Shown here piece after piece: positions 1 to 9,375 of a stretch of 36,779 nucleotides of DNA. The stretch is from a virus. A program made the translations under genes and the position numbers. The notes below the pieces were generated by a model. It made no database searches. It was not told where the DNA came from and saw only the letters and a list, made by a program, of their open reading frames with translations. How positions within the stretch are numbered: position 1 is the first letter of the stretch; each line of letters begins with the position of its first letter. The stretch lies in the UHGV virus genome UHGV-0182470, one strand, 5' to 3'.

Positions 1-79
1 AATGTAAAGACTGACTAAGCATGTAGTACCGAGGATGTAGGAATTTCGGACGCGGGTTCAACTCCCGCCAGCTCCACCA
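1..79 (+). ncRNA. ssrA: tmRNA (SsrA) 3' portion, partial at left window edge
   Basis: Positions 1-79 read AATGTAAAGACTGACTAAGCATGTAGTACCGAGGATGTAGGAATTTCGGACGCGGGTTCAACTCCCGCCAGCTCCACCA, which I recognise as the 3' end (T-arm/acceptor, CCA) of enterobacterial tmRNA; 5' part lies outside the window. Confidence 0.85.
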
Positions 80-80
80 A
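35..80. repeat. attL core: 46-bp direct repeat shared with attR
   Basis: Sequence 35-80 is identical to 36439-36484 (ATGTAGGAATTTCGGACGCGGGTTCAACTCCCGCCAGCTCCACCAA); flanks diverge immediately outside. Confidence 0.85.
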
Positions 81-89
81 ATAAATCAA

Positions 90-119
90 GGGGTTACGTG
101 AAAGCGTAGCCCCTTTTTC
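90..119 (+). terminator. Rho-independent terminator downstream of tmRNA 3' end
   Basis: GGGGTTACG / CGTAGCCCC stem (G-U wobble) with TGAAAG loop followed by TTTTTC, ~10 nt after the CCA end. Confidence 0.6.
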
Positions 120-202
120 TTTGGTAGTGGCGGCAAAATGGCGACAGACTTTTGCGTCCATCTTGCCTGTCGCCATCTTGAAATCATGCAAAGAGGTTTC
201 AC

Positions 203-685
203 ATGGAAGAACTTCACTTTGTTTACATCAATGCAAATGGTCGTATCGGTGTTCACTCTATACAGAGCATCAGTTATAGCGAAAATCATATACAGGGCAT
301 TTGTAAGAACACCGATCGAATAAAAACCTTCCGAAAAGACCGCATTCTTAAACAGTACGATTCACCAGAACAAGCCATTCAGGAGTGCGCGTCATTCCTC
401 CCCGAAAACTACTCACATCTCACCAAGCAGTCTGGTCCGAAAAAAAATACATTCGATGTGTGTTTCACCGGATTTAAGAAAGCAGATAAAGAAAGATTGG
501 TTGATAAGGCGAATGAACAAGGATTAACGGTAAGAACCTCTGTAACCCAAAGCCTTCAGATGCTCTGTTGCGGTTACAATGCAGGCCCATCAAAAGTATC
601 GGCAGCCAGGATGAAAGGCACAATCATCATAGATGAGCCTGGCTTTATACATTTTCTTGAAACGGGTGAGATCCCAGATGAATAA
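203..685 (+). CDS. Cargo protein with C-terminal BRCT-like domain (N-terminal region ending in a TFRKDRI motif reminiscent of WYL domains)
   Basis: 160-aa ORF with AAGAGG RBS 6 nt upstream; C-terminal segment VCFTGF...GLTV...GYNAGPSKVSAARMKGTIIIDE resembles the BRCT domain at the C-terminus of NAD-dependent DNA ligase; sits between attL and ogr. Confidence 0.55.
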   Translation: MEELHFVYINANGRIGVHSIQSISYSENHIQGICKNTDRIKTFRKDRILKQYDSPEQAIQECASFLPENYSHLTKQSGPKKNTFDVCFTGFKKADKERLVDKANEQGLTVRTSVTQSLQMLCCGYNAGPSKVSAARMKGTIIIDEPGFIHFLETGEIPDE

Positions 686-711
686 AAACCTGCCGTAGCA
701 GGTTCTCTTTC

Positions 712-930
712 TCAAAAATTCATATGCCCCTGACCACCTGGCAATGGATGTGGAGGAGCAGTAGCAATCAGTGCGGGTGTCACAATAAACCGGACCACTG
801 TTTCATGGGTAACAAAAGTGCTCCCGCAGTTAATATTTTGGCACTGGCAGTAACGCTCTTTGGTGCTTTCTGTTACTTGAAAACTGCTCCTTGTGTGCGC
901 CGCATGACCACACTTCGGACAATTCATCAT
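712..930 (-). CDS. ogr: Ogr-type zinc-finger late gene activator (ORF extends to 975; likely start at the internal Met)
   Basis: Translation MMNCPKCGHAAHTRSS...KERYCQCQNINCGSTF...HPLP matches the C4 zinc-finger pattern of P2 Ogr / 186 B; located next to gene D as in P2. Confidence 0.85.
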   Translation of the reverse strand: MMNCPKCGHAAHTRSSFQVTESTKERYCQCQNINCGSTFVTHETVVRFIVTPALIATAPPHPLPGGQGHMNF

Positions 931-998
931 ATCCAGATCCCTACCTTTGCTATCAGAATCATTGTAATGATACACAAAATATCAATATTGAGAACACT

Positions 999-2099
999 TT
1001 ATTCCATTTCAAGATCATCAATCTTCACTTCGAGTTCAATACTGGTTGTAAAACCGTTATCCGGGCTGACGGTATGTGTCAGAGTCGTAATGGTCCATTC
1101 CGCATCATCTATCGGCTGTTTAAAGCCACTGACTTTCACTGGCATTTCCGTGTAGAGATCTGCCCGACCTTCCGCCAGTTGTAGCGAGAATGACGCAACG
1201 CCGCGTTGCAGGCGTTCCCACTGCATTTTCGCTGCCCGTTCAGCGTTGCTTCGGTTGGCATAAGTGCGATTAAGTACCAGCACGTTTTCATCCGTACCCA
1301 CCAGGTAATCGCCCTGCTTCGCTTCTGGCTCTTTCTTCTGCTTCTTAGTTCTGCGCTTACGCTTCACCGTGGTGCTTTCTTTCTTCGCGGGTTCGCGGGT
1401 ATGCAACCAGCTGGCAATTACGCCCGTGTAGGCTCCGCGATCTGCCAGGGTAAAGCGGTGACTGTCGCCGTCCTTGCGTGTGATAGTGATCACCGGCAGT
1501 GGTTTACCAGTGGCGCTTTTGCCCTGTCCCTGCCGGATGAATAACAGATTGCCATTTTTCACCGACGCGATGGCACCGTACTGGCGCGCCAGCCGCATCA
1601 GAAAACTGCCGTCACTCTCATTAGTCTGGTCTATATGCTCCACGGGCTTATCCGACAGGTCTTTACCCAGTGCCATCTTCAGCTTGTGACGCGCGGCTAT
1701 TTCCTTCACCACTTCCCCGACAGTGGTCTTGTGCCACGATTTTTCACGGCGGGTATTCAGCGTTTCCCTAAAATCAGCACTTCGCGCCCGGATAGTCAGG
1801 CGATCCGGTGCGCCAGTGTGTTCAATCTCGTCCACCGTGAATGCCCCTTTCGGGAAAAGCGGCTGCCCCTTCCAGCCCAGCGCCAGCGTGATGACCGCAC
1901 CACGGCGCGGCAGCACGATTTTTCCGTCGGCGTCGTCCAGTTCCAGATCAAGCTGGTCTGCTTCAAAGCCCCGATTGTCCGTCAGCGTCAGACTCATCAG
2001 GCGGTTATCCAGCACAGTGGTGATATCCTTTCCCTCAATACTGATGCTGAATGCGGGAGTTTTGTTGCCTTTGTTAAGCAGTTCAGAGCTGAAATTCAC
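999..2099 (-). CDS. D: Tail protein D (late control gene D family)
   Basis: 366-aa ORF; position (end of tail operon next to ogr) and sequence character match P2 gpD; overlaps stop of U by 4 nt. Confidence 0.85.
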   Translation of the reverse strand: MNFSSELLNKGNKTPAFSISIEGKDITTVLDNRLMSLTLTDNRGFEADQLDLELDDADGKIVLPRRGAVITLALGWKGQPLFPKGAFTVDEIEHTGAPDRLTIRARSADFRETLNTRREKSWHKTTVGEVVKEIAARHKLKMALGKDLSDKPVEHIDQTNESDGSFLMRLARQYGAIASVKNGNLLFIRQGQGKSATGKPLPVITITRKDGDSHRFTLADRGAYTGVIASWLHTREPAKKESTTVKRKRRTKKQKKEPEAKQGDYLVGTDENVLVLNRTYANRSNAERAAKMQWERLQRGVASFSLQLAEGRADLYTEMPVKVSGFKQPIDDAEWTITTLTHTVSPDNGFTTSIELEVKIDDLEME

Positions 2100-2581
2100 G
2101 ACAGCAGCCCTCCCACCGTTTTACTGATATCGCTTAAGGCAGACGTTGCCGTATCCTGCAAATTATTCAGCTGCGCACTGAGATCACCGAACATATCGGA
2201 CAGGGATTCATCCACCCGTTTGAGCGACAGCGTGAACTCAATCCGGCGCGGCATACCATCGCGGAAAAACTCCGTTTTAGTCTGATTCAGTCCCTCAATC
2301 ACATACATGCCGTAAATCGTGCCGCTGCCTTCAATCAGGGGCCATGCTTTTCCCTGTTCTGCCATCTGCTCCAGAGCCAGCAACGACAGCCTGCCGCCCG
2401 TTATCTCCGGCATAAGAACACCAGAAAGCGTCAGCATGTCGTTGTCCGGTCCCAGAAACTGCATGGACGGACGTCGGTTGACCCGGCTGTTTGCCGCATG
2501 TCGCCAGCTGCGTTGATACTGCAGTTCCTGATACGGCACAGTGCGCAGCATAAACACGTACAATCCCAGCACCATCATCAT
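2096..2581 (-). CDS. U: Tail protein U
   Basis: 161-aa ORF between tape measure and D, translationally coupled (ATGA overlaps) as in P2 T-U-D. Confidence 0.85.
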   Translation of the reverse strand: MMMVLGLYVFMLRTVPYQELQYQRSWRHAANSRVNRRPSMQFLGPDNDMLTLSGVLMPEITGGRLSLLALEQMAEQGKAWPLIEGSGTIYGMYVIEGLNQTKTEFFRDGMPRRIEFTLSLKRVDESLSDMFGDLSAQLNNLQDTATSALSDISKTVGGLLS

Positions 2582-5500
2582 GCGTCGTATCCCCCCTGAT
2601 CGCTGTAGTTACTCCTGGCTTTTGCCTTCAGCCTGCGTTCACGTTCATCAAGCTGGCGGGCCACCTCCCGCGCAATATCCTGCGCACTTTGTCCTGGCTG
2701 CGTCTGAATGATGATCTGCGTCGGTGCCTCAATCCGTTGAACGGGCGGCACAGTGGCTGCACGACTCACCATCGCTTCGCCGCCTTTCGAGGGAAGTGCC
2801 AAAGGATGCAACGGTGGAAGCTCTGCAGGCGCGGCAGCAACGCCCATCATTCCGGCAACAACGGCAGCCAGTGAAGCTGTATTTCTCCGGCTGGTCACAT
2901 TTGCCGGGCCGTTAACAATTTCCGGCCCGTTTTCACCGACGATGCCAAACTGCCCGCGCGGGATATAGCCGCCGCTGTCATACATCCCCGCAAAGCCATA
3001 TCCCCATGACGGAAAACCACCCGATGGCATCATCACTTTACCGTCTGCATTCACCGTCGCAGGTTGCTGACGCGTCACGCTTTCCGGCAGTTTCGCCTTT
3101 GCGGCCTCTTTACTGACAATGCCGAGTTTTTCCAGCAACCAGGATACGCCGGATTTCAGGGAGTCCAGCGGATGCATGACCATATTCAGCCCTTCCGCCA
3201 GCGCCTCCCCGAATCGTCGCCCCATTGCCGCTGCGCTCTGCAGTTCGGCAGAAGTCGACTTAACGGGCGTCAGCAAATCAGTAAACCAGCCCCACAGCGC
3301 CTGCACTTTGTCGCCAATCCACTGGAACACAGGCTTAAGCGGTTCGAATGCGGCACTGATGGGTCCTGCCGCCGCTTTGAATCCTTCCACCACGCCACCG
3401 AGAAATGCGGTGATGGGTTGCCAGTATTTCCAGACAACCAGCGCCACGCCCGCCAGTGCAGTAACCACAAGACCTATCGGACTGAGCAGAGCACCTAACA
3501 GACCAGATACGGCATACAGGGCAACGCGCAGCATCGCCAGTGGACCAGATGCCAGTACTCGCAGCACCGTGCCTGCGGCGGCCAGTCCACCGCGCAGTAC
3601 CGCCAGAGGATTCATAAACATCACAGCAGCAGCACGTAAACCGGATAATCCAGACCGGAACAGTGCAACCGGCGCACCTGCTACAGTTTTCAGGACATTC
3701 CCCGTCAGTGATGCCGTGCGACGCAAAGACGACAACGGAGCAGTAAGTAAACCCGCTGCGTTGCCCGATGAAGCAAGCCCGCGTCGCAGCAGTGCCAGTG
3801 GAGCGCCAGCTAACCAGGACAACGCGCTGCTGGTTCGTGTTACTGCTGCGGTAACGGAAGGTAACGTTTTGATACCCAGCACAGAGAATCCCAGACGGAT
3901 GACTGCCAGCGGCCCCAGCACTGCAGCCAGCGCCACCGCTAAGGTGCCGAGGCCTACGGTAACCGCAGCCACAACAGCCGCTACTTTCATCAGTGTGCCT
4001 GTCAGTTCCGGGTTAGCTTCCACCCAGCGGCGCAACGCCCCCGTGATGCTTTTCACCGTGTACAGAATATCCATCAGCGGCTGGCGCAGCGTTTCGCCCA
4101 GGCTGCTGAAGGTGTTCTGCGCTCCGGTTTTGACCAGCAACCACTGAGCAGAAAGTGAGTCTTTGTTGATGTCGGATTCTTTCTGCATGGAACCGAGCGC
4201 ATCATTGCCCGCTGTCAGTTTTAGCTGGCGCTGCAGTTCCGGAAGGTTGTTTGCCAGTTTCGCCGCGTCATCACCAAACTCTTTACCAAACAACATGGTC
4301 ATGGCAGACAGACGCTTGTCCTGCGGCAGTGCGTTCACCTTCTCCAGCACACGCTGGATAGTTCCCATCGCATCCTTCGTCATCTGCTTTTCAATCACTT
4401 CAGGATTGAGTTTCAGCAGATTCATCCCTTCAAAGAAACTCTTGCTTTGCATGGTGGCAATGGACAATTCACGCACCATCGCGTTTGCTGCACTGGCTGC
4501 AACCTCCGGTGCAGCGCCCAGTGTCAGGAAGGTGGAACCCAGCGCCGCCGCTTTACGATAATCCAGACGGTCAGCCACACCGCCCAGACGCTGCATCACA
4601 TCAATGATGTCCGCCCCTTTCGACATGGCGTTATCATCCAGAAAGTTCAGCGCATCACCGAGCTGTTCAATATTGCGGGTTGGTATTTTGTAGAGCTGGG
4701 CGATTTTCCCCAGACTTTCTGACAGTTCATCCGCTGGCAGCTCAAAGGCTGTTGCCGCTTTTGCTGCCGTACTGGCGAAGGCCAGCAGGTCACGTTTCTG
4801 GTCCTCCCAGCTGTCGTCAGGGTTTGCCACATTCATGCGCGCACCACCTTCAACCAGTGCGGCGAAGTCCACAGCACCGTTTTCCATTGGCAGCTGTTCA
4901 CTGGCAGCTTTGATGGCATCCTGCATTTCGTAAAAACGCGCAGTGCGGTTGCCATTATCGTCACGCAGACCATTGACCTGCTTTGCCACACCTTTCATGG
5001 CATCTTCCATGCTGGTATAGCTTTTTACCGCCGCCATCACTGGCGCGCCCATTGCCAGCCCTGCAGCCGTGGTGGTGGCTCCGGCTCCTGCGATGCGATC
5101 GCGCACTTCAAGCCGTCTTGAGTATTGTTCTCTGGCAACGTTCATCCGTGCCTGTTGTTCACCCAGACGTTTAAGTGCTTTTTGCTGGCCCTCCAGTGCC
5201 TGACGAGTTTCTTCGGCATTTTTCTTAAGTTCTCGCTGGGCACTACTGAGTTGTCTGGTATCAATCCCTGATTCTTTAAGTGCCTGACGTTGTCTCTGGA
5301 CCGCCCCCAACAAGCCGTTATAGGTCTGCTGAAGTTCCTGTACTCGTGTTTTGGCCTGACTGAATAACTTTGCTTGCGCGGCGGTTGGCCTGTTAGTGGC
5401 AGCAAATTGTGTGGCGAGTTTTGCCGCCTCTTCGCGGGCTGTGTTCAGGTTGTTGGCTGTTATGGCTAGTTGCGAGCGCGTCTTGCGAAATTCATCAATT

Positions 5501-5655
5501 CTGCCAGCCTGCTTATTCAGTTCTTTGAGGCTGTTTCGGGTATTCTGAATTGCGCCAGCCAGCTCTTTCGAACTGGCCTGTGCAGCACGGAATGGGCGGG
5601 TGAGTTTGTCAACCGCATTAAGAATGACCTGCAGGCGCAGGTTATTATCACTCAT
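2578..5655 (-). CDS. T: Tail tape measure protein
   Basis: 1025-aa ORF, coiled-coil N-terminus, Ala/Gly-rich hydrophobic repeats (LxxxAGxP...) in the middle; position after E/E'. Confidence 0.9.
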   Translation of the reverse strand: MSDNNLRLQVILNAVDKLTRPFRAAQASSKELAGAIQNTRNSLKELNKQAGRIDEFRKTRSQLAITANNLNTAREEAAKLATQFAATNRPTAAQAKLFSQAKTRVQELQQTYNGLLGAVQRQRQALKESGIDTRQLSSAQRELKKNAEETRQALEGQQKALKRLGEQQARMNVAREQYSRRLEVRDRIAGAGATTTAAGLAMGAPVMAAVKSYTSMEDAMKGVAKQVNGLRDDNGNRTARFYEMQDAIKAASEQLPMENGAVDFAALVEGGARMNVANPDDSWEDQKRDLLAFASTAAKAATAFELPADELSESLGKIAQLYKIPTRNIEQLGDALNFLDDNAMSKGADIIDVMQRLGGVADRLDYRKAAALGSTFLTLGAAPEVAASAANAMVRELSIATMQSKSFFEGMNLLKLNPEVIEKQMTKDAMGTIQRVLEKVNALPQDKRLSAMTMLFGKEFGDDAAKLANNLPELQRQLKLTAGNDALGSMQKESDINKDSLSAQWLLVKTGAQNTFSSLGETLRQPLMDILYTVKSITGALRRWVEANPELTGTLMKVAAVVAAVTVGLGTLAVALAAVLGPLAVIRLGFSVLGIKTLPSVTAAVTRTSSALSWLAGAPLALLRRGLASSGNAAGLLTAPLSSLRRTASLTGNVLKTVAGAPVALFRSGLSGLRAAAVMFMNPLAVLRGGLAAAGTVLRVLASGPLAMLRVALYAVSGLLGALLSPIGLVVTALAGVALVVWKYWQPITAFLGGVVEGFKAAAGPISAAFEPLKPVFQWIGDKVQALWGWFTDLLTPVKSTSAELQSAAAMGRRFGEALAEGLNMVMHPLDSLKSGVSWLLEKLGIVSKEAAKAKLPESVTRQQPATVNADGKVMMPSGGFPSWGYGFAGMYDSGGYIPRGQFGIVGENGPEIVNGPANVTSRRNTASLAAVVAGMMGVAAAPAELPPLHPLALPSKGGEAMVSRAATVPPVQRIEAPTQIIIQTQPGQSAQDIAREVARQLDERERRLKAKARSNYSDQGGYDA

Positions 5656-6084
5656 CGTTGGCCCCGCTTCTCTGAATCGCTTTATACCGCCATTCCAGCA
5701 CTTCGGTCAGCGGCATAACGTCAGTAACGGATGGCGGCCAGTGAAAGATGGTGGCGATATCAGCCACCAGATCGTCAACCGTCAGGCTGTCGGTAAACCG
5801 GCAAGCACCGACTTCTTCAACAAAAAAGTGACAACCTCAACCGACATGGCAGTGAGATCTGCCGGGTCCATCTCTGCAATTTCCTGTGCAGTCAGTGCCG
5901 GACTGGAGATGCGGGGGATCACGGTCATCATCGCGTTCACATCCATATCCATAATGGCCTGCAGGCGTGTACCGCGCAGCGCACCGGACTGCGGTTTACG
6001 CAGCACAATTTCGGTGATTTCTGTTTTACCGCGCTTGATGGGGGTATCCAGTTGAATAGTCTTTTCAGTCTGCTTATCGCTCAT
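5649..6084 (-). CDS. E+E': Tail assembly chaperone E+E' (-1 programmed frameshift product)
   Basis: Minus-strand reading ...GTC ACT TTT TTG TTG AAG... (heptamer at 5821-5827 on + coordinates); the -1 frame stays open for ~58 codons (FFVEEVGACRFTDSL...WRYKAIQRSGANDE) and stops at TGA overlapping the T start codon. Confidence 0.8.
5782..6084 (-). CDS. E: Tail assembly chaperone E
   Basis: 100-aa ORF upstream of tape measure; contains slippery heptamer T_TTT_TTG near its 3' end. Confidence 0.85.
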   Translation of the reverse strand: MSDKQTEKTIQLDTPIKRGKTEITEIVLRKPQSGALRGTRLQAIMDMDVNAMMTVIPRISSPALTAQEIAEMDPADLTAMSVEVVTFLLKKSVLAGLPTA

Positions 6085-6138
6085 TTTGCTGTCCTGTAAA
6101 TTGGGTTCTGGCGCGGTATCCCGCGCCGTTCAGATACA

Positions 6139-6654
6139 TCAGAGGCCGAGGGCGTTGCGGTGCGCTTCCATCAGGTCCACACCGTCCACAATTTCCACCA
6201 TGTTGATAAGGTCCACTTCATAGAGCACCTCACCATTTATAGTCAGCTTCGCGTAGCTGTTGGTACTGGTCACTTTGGTGGTGTTGCTTTCGCCCGTCTT
6301 CCACTCGCCGGAATCCACTTCTTTGTGACGTCCACGCACCACAAGCTCCACGGCCTGCACTTCCCCGGTATCGTCACGCTGGATAGAGCCGGTAAAGCGC
6401 AACTGGATACCATCCACCGTGGCTTTGCCCATCTGCTTAAACAGCAGCAGTTCAGTACCACCAATGGAAAATTCCGTATCCAGTGCGCCGTCATCCAGCC
6501 CCAGATCCACATCCACTGCACCCGGCATTCCGCCGCCGCGATACTTCTCATATTTGCGGGTAAATTTCGGCAGCGTCAGCGACTCAACGATCCCCTGCCA
6601 GTTGTTCCCGTCATTAAACAGGTTCAGGTGTTTTAATTTGCGTGGTAAAGCCAT
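6139..6654 (-). CDS. FII: Tail tube protein FII
   Basis: 171-aa ORF; size, position after sheath gene and sequence consistent with P2 gpFII. Confidence 0.9.
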   Translation of the reverse strand: MALPRKLKHLNLFNDGNNWQGIVESLTLPKFTRKYEKYRGGGMPGAVDVDLGLDDGALDTEFSIGGTELLLFKQMGKATVDGIQLRFTGSIQRDDTGEVQAVELVVRGRHKEVDSGEWKTGESNTTKVTSTNSYAKLTINGEVLYEVDLINMVEIVDGVDLMEAHRNALGL

Positions 6655-6663
6655 GTTGTCCCC

Positions 6664-7836
6664 TTACGCGCTGACCTGGCTGGAGAAATTCACCAGGTAC
6701 TGATCGGTGATGCGCTGACGCAGCATCAGGTTTTCAAGTGGCGGCACTGGCGTGTAGTCGTAGTCGATGGTGAGTTTTCCGGCTTTCAGCGTGTCTTTGT
6801 CGTTCACCGACTCATCCAGCCAGCAATCACCACCAATGAGATAGCCCTGACTGACCAGGCTGCGCATTTTGGCGCGGATACCCTCGATAATGTCGCGGGC
6901 CAGCGACGGATTCAGCGGTTTATCCACCGCCCACATGTGCGCTTCTGCCATCGTGTCCGTCAGCACCTGCGCCGTGCGGGTGTAGTTTTCGAAGGCAAAG
7001 AGCGGGTCATCACTCAGGCAGCGGGAACCCCAGAAGCGAAAACCGTCTTTGCGGATAAGGGTGGTGACGTCGTTCTGGTTCAGCAGTCCCGCATCGGTTG
7101 CCGGGTCCTGCAGATCCCAGAACACATCAGCAGAAATTCCGGTGACACCGTTAACGCCCACGTTGGACAGGCTTTTGTGCCATCCGGTCTGCTCGTCAAT
7201 TTTGGCGCGCAGACCAAGCGCACGGGCGGTGGCATAAGCCGTTGCTTCGGCATTCAGCACCGTGTCCCAGCCAGTAAAGTCGGGCCAGATCAGCATTCCT
7301 TCACGCTGACTGAAGTTTTCACGGTAAGTGATTGCTTCCTGCACCGTCTTGCAACCATACGCTGACAGGTAAGCAAATCCACGCAGGCTTTGCGCCACGC
7401 TCAGCAACTCAGTAGCTACCGCCTTCGTGTCGTGACCTGGCACGCCGAGAATGCGCGGTTTAACGCCGAGCTGTGACTGGGCAGATAACAGGGCTTTCAT
7501 GCCTGTTTTTTTACCTTCAGCGGTCACTGCTCCGATGATATTGGTCGTGGTTTCTTCTTCCGTTTCACCCTGCGGCACACGCACAACAACGGTCACGGGT
7601 TTTGCCTGGTCAGCGATGGCATCCAGCGAACGAGCCAGCGTGCCTGACTCACCCGCTTTACCGCTGGCAGTCAGCACATCAGTGATCAGCACGGGTTTAT
7701 TAAGAGGAAACATTTTTGCATCGGCATCATCGCCCGTGCAGACCATACCCACGATGGCGGTGCTCACCGTGGTAATGGATCGGGTGCCTTCGTTGACTTC
7801 AACAACGCGCACCCCGTGGTGGTAATCCTGAGCCAT
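6664..7836 (-). CDS. FI: Tail sheath protein FI
   Basis: 390-aa ORF starting [14 protein letters not shown]..., typical contractile sheath; first gene of F operon. Confidence 0.9.
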   Translation of the reverse strand: MAQDYHHGVRVVEVNEGTRSITTVSTAIVGMVCTGDDADAKMFPLNKPVLITDVLTASGKAGESGTLARSLDAIADQAKPVTVVVRVPQGETEEETTTNIIGAVTAEGKKTGMKALLSAQSQLGVKPRILGVPGHDTKAVATELLSVAQSLRGFAYLSAYGCKTVQEAITYRENFSQREGMLIWPDFTGWDTVLNAEATAYATARALGLRAKIDEQTGWHKSLSNVGVNGVTGISADVFWDLQDPATDAGLLNQNDVTTLIRKDGFRFWGSRCLSDDPLFAFENYTRTAQVLTDTMAEAHMWAVDKPLNPSLARDIIEGIRAKMRSLVSQGYLIGGDCWLDESVNDKDTLKAGKLTIDYDYTPVPPLENLMLRQRITDQYLVNFSSQVSA

Positions 7837-7912
7837 AGTGGCGAACCTCCTGATTGGATTAGGCTTCGCCCTATGTTGAAGTGATTGTGCCTGACAAACA
7901 GCTAAGCGCAGT

Positions 7913-7930
7913 TGTACCGTTATTCACACA
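7913..7930. promoter_or_regulatory. Ogr/B-type late activator site (TGT-N12-ACA) of the FI-operon late promoter
   Basis: TGTACCGTTATTCACACA ~80-95 bp upstream of FI start codon; shares extended motif TGTACCG-N5-CACACAAA with the site at 21181. Confidence 0.55.
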
Positions 7931-7978
7931 AAATGACGGTATTTGTCTGCTTTCAGGGATAATCAAAATAATGCTGAT

Positions 7979-8551
7979 TCAGGGGGATTCATTACTCTTA
8001 TTTGCCGGAAATTTTCTATAAATTGTGGAAACACCCACATCAAAAATCAGTGCAATACGCTGTCTTGATTCTCCGGCCTCGAGTAAGCGTCCAATCTGTG
8101 CCCACTGTTCGGTAGTCAACTTAGGACGGCGTCCACCTACTCTGCCTTTGGCGCGAGCTGCAGCAAGCCCCGCCCTGGTACGTTCAACTATCAGTTCGCG
8201 TTCCATTTCAGCCAGGGCACCCATGACATGAAAAAAGAAACGGCCCATTGGGGTACTGGTATCAATACTGTCAGTCAGGCTTCGGAAATTCACACCTCGC
8301 TGGCGCAACTCTTCTATCAACGTAACAAGATGCCGCATACTGCGCCCCAACCTGTCCAGCTTCCAGACAACCAGCGTGTCTCCTGCCGATAGTGTCCTGA
8401 GCAGTTTTTTCAGCCCCGGTCTGTTGGACTTAGTGCCACTGATTTTGTCCTCAAAAATCCGCTCACATCCCGCGCAGTTCAGTGCATTACGTTGCAAATC
8501 GGTGTTCTGGTCATTTGTTGACACGCGTACATAGCCAATAAGCATGATCAA
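7979..8551 (-). CDS. Serine recombinase, DNA invertase (Hin/Gin/Cin/Pin family)
   Basis: 190-aa ORF MIMLIGYVRVSTNDQNTDLQ...GDTLVVWKLDRLGRS...C-terminal HTH; catalytic Ser motif YVRVST; lies 50 bp from an invertase crossover-type site. Confidence 0.9.
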   Translation of the reverse strand: MIMLIGYVRVSTNDQNTDLQRNALNCAGCERIFEDKISGTKSNRPGLKKLLRTLSAGDTLVVWKLDRLGRSMRHLVTLIEELRQRGVNFRSLTDSIDTSTPMGRFFFHVMGALAEMERELIVERTRAGLAAARAKGRVGGRRPKLTTEQWAQIGRLLEAGESRQRIALIFDVGVSTIYRKFPANKSNESP

Positions 8552-8600
8552 TCCCCTGAATAAAAACCGGGGATGATGCCAGTTAGCCGTTATCTCTGCA

Positions 8601-8626
8601 TTTTCATAAACGTTGGTTTGGGAGAA
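8601..8626. repeat. Invertase crossover site, left (hix/gix-like)
   Basis: TTTTCATAAACGTTGGTTTGGGAGAA; its reverse complement matches the first 14 nt of the site at 10056-10081 exactly (TTCTCCCAAACCAA). Confidence 0.75.
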
Positions 8627-8956
8627 GCCAGATATGTCATTCAGCGAGGAGCTAATGTCAATGGAGCATGGATACGCTGGTCAGATGGTGCAATAGAAGT
8701 ATTTGGAACTGGTGGTTCCAATGATAATGGGCTGGCTAAAGTCGTTTATCCAATTGCACTACCTAAGCTTTCACGTTTTATCAGCATAGCGGAAAGAATA
8801 AGAACAGATTACGAGGCCACACCTAATAACGTTCACGTTTCAATGATCGTGGATGACCAGGTCAGTAATACAGGTTTTTATGTCCGCTGCCAGATGTACG
8901 ACGGAAGACCATCAACAAGTGCTTTTTCCTGGAGAGTTTATTGTGCGCCTGTTTAA
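8601..8956 (+). CDS. Silent alternative tail-fibre C-terminal segment (no own start; fused to H constant part after inversion)
   Basis: Open frame from the left crossover site (...VGLGEARYVIQRGANVNGAWIRW...RVYCAPV) in the same phase as GLGEA in H. Confidence 0.6.
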
Positions 8957-9140
8957 TCCTGTTACTTTGACTGAAGTAATCCCCGGTCTTCATGACGTGA
9001 CCGGGGCTGTGGAATTACCAGAAGATAACTGGTTTTTTACTGCATCTGAAATCCCTGAAGGAATGGAAATATCTGTTAACGAGAAGGGCGAACCCATTCT
9101 GATTGAGATTAAACCATCTCAGGTGGAACTGGCCAGATAA
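8943..9140 (+). CDS. Alternative small tail-fibre assembly/chaperone-like ORF (silent orientation)
   Basis: GTG start with GGAGAG RBS 6 nt upstream, overlapping the end of the alternative fibre segment; 65 aa; assignment by position only. Confidence 0.4.
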   Translation: MRLFNPVTLTEVIPGLHDVTGAVELPEDNWFFTASEIPEGMEISVNEKGEPILIEIKPSQVELAR

Positions 9141-9375
9141 CCCCCGGCGCGGTGCTGGTATCTGCTTCCATCACCGCGTCGATATTACCAACATCATATT
9201 CAGTCATTTCCGGTTCCGGTGGTGCTATAAACTCTCCGTCAGAATAGAACCAACCGACGCCTGCATCTATATGATCAACATTTATAATTTCGCAATTAGA
9301 GAATAAATCACCCTCTCCATCCCAGATAATAATATTTTTCACCACGCCATGTTCAATCAGAGCAAAATTACTCAT
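9109..9375 (-). CDS. Small tail-fibre assembly/chaperone-like protein (expressed orientation)
   Basis: 88-aa ORF starting at the stop of H (ATGA overlap), inside the invertible segment; assignment by position. Confidence 0.5.
   Translation of the reverse strand: MSNFALIEHGVVKNIIIWDGEGDLFSNCEIINVDHIDAGVGWFYSDGEFIAPPEPEMTEYDVGNIDAVMEADTSTAPGVIWPVPPEMV

Noticed and set aside
86-323. Small ORFs 86-289 (-) and 138-323 (+) next to attL
   Set aside because: Overlap the terminator and the start region of the BRCT gene; no RBS; likely spurious.
1206-2285. Plus-strand ORFs (1206-1544, 1635-2285, 1723-2127) opposite genes D and U
   Set aside because: Fully contained within well-supported minus-strand tail genes; low-complexity translations.
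3119-4147. 342-aa plus-strand ORF (and neighbours 3064-3498, 4163-4561, 4447-4722) inside the tape-measure region
   Set aside because: Antisense to the 1025-aa tape measure gene; Ala/Ser/Pro/Arg-rich translation typical of the reverse strand of a GC-rich gene; no RBS or synteny support.
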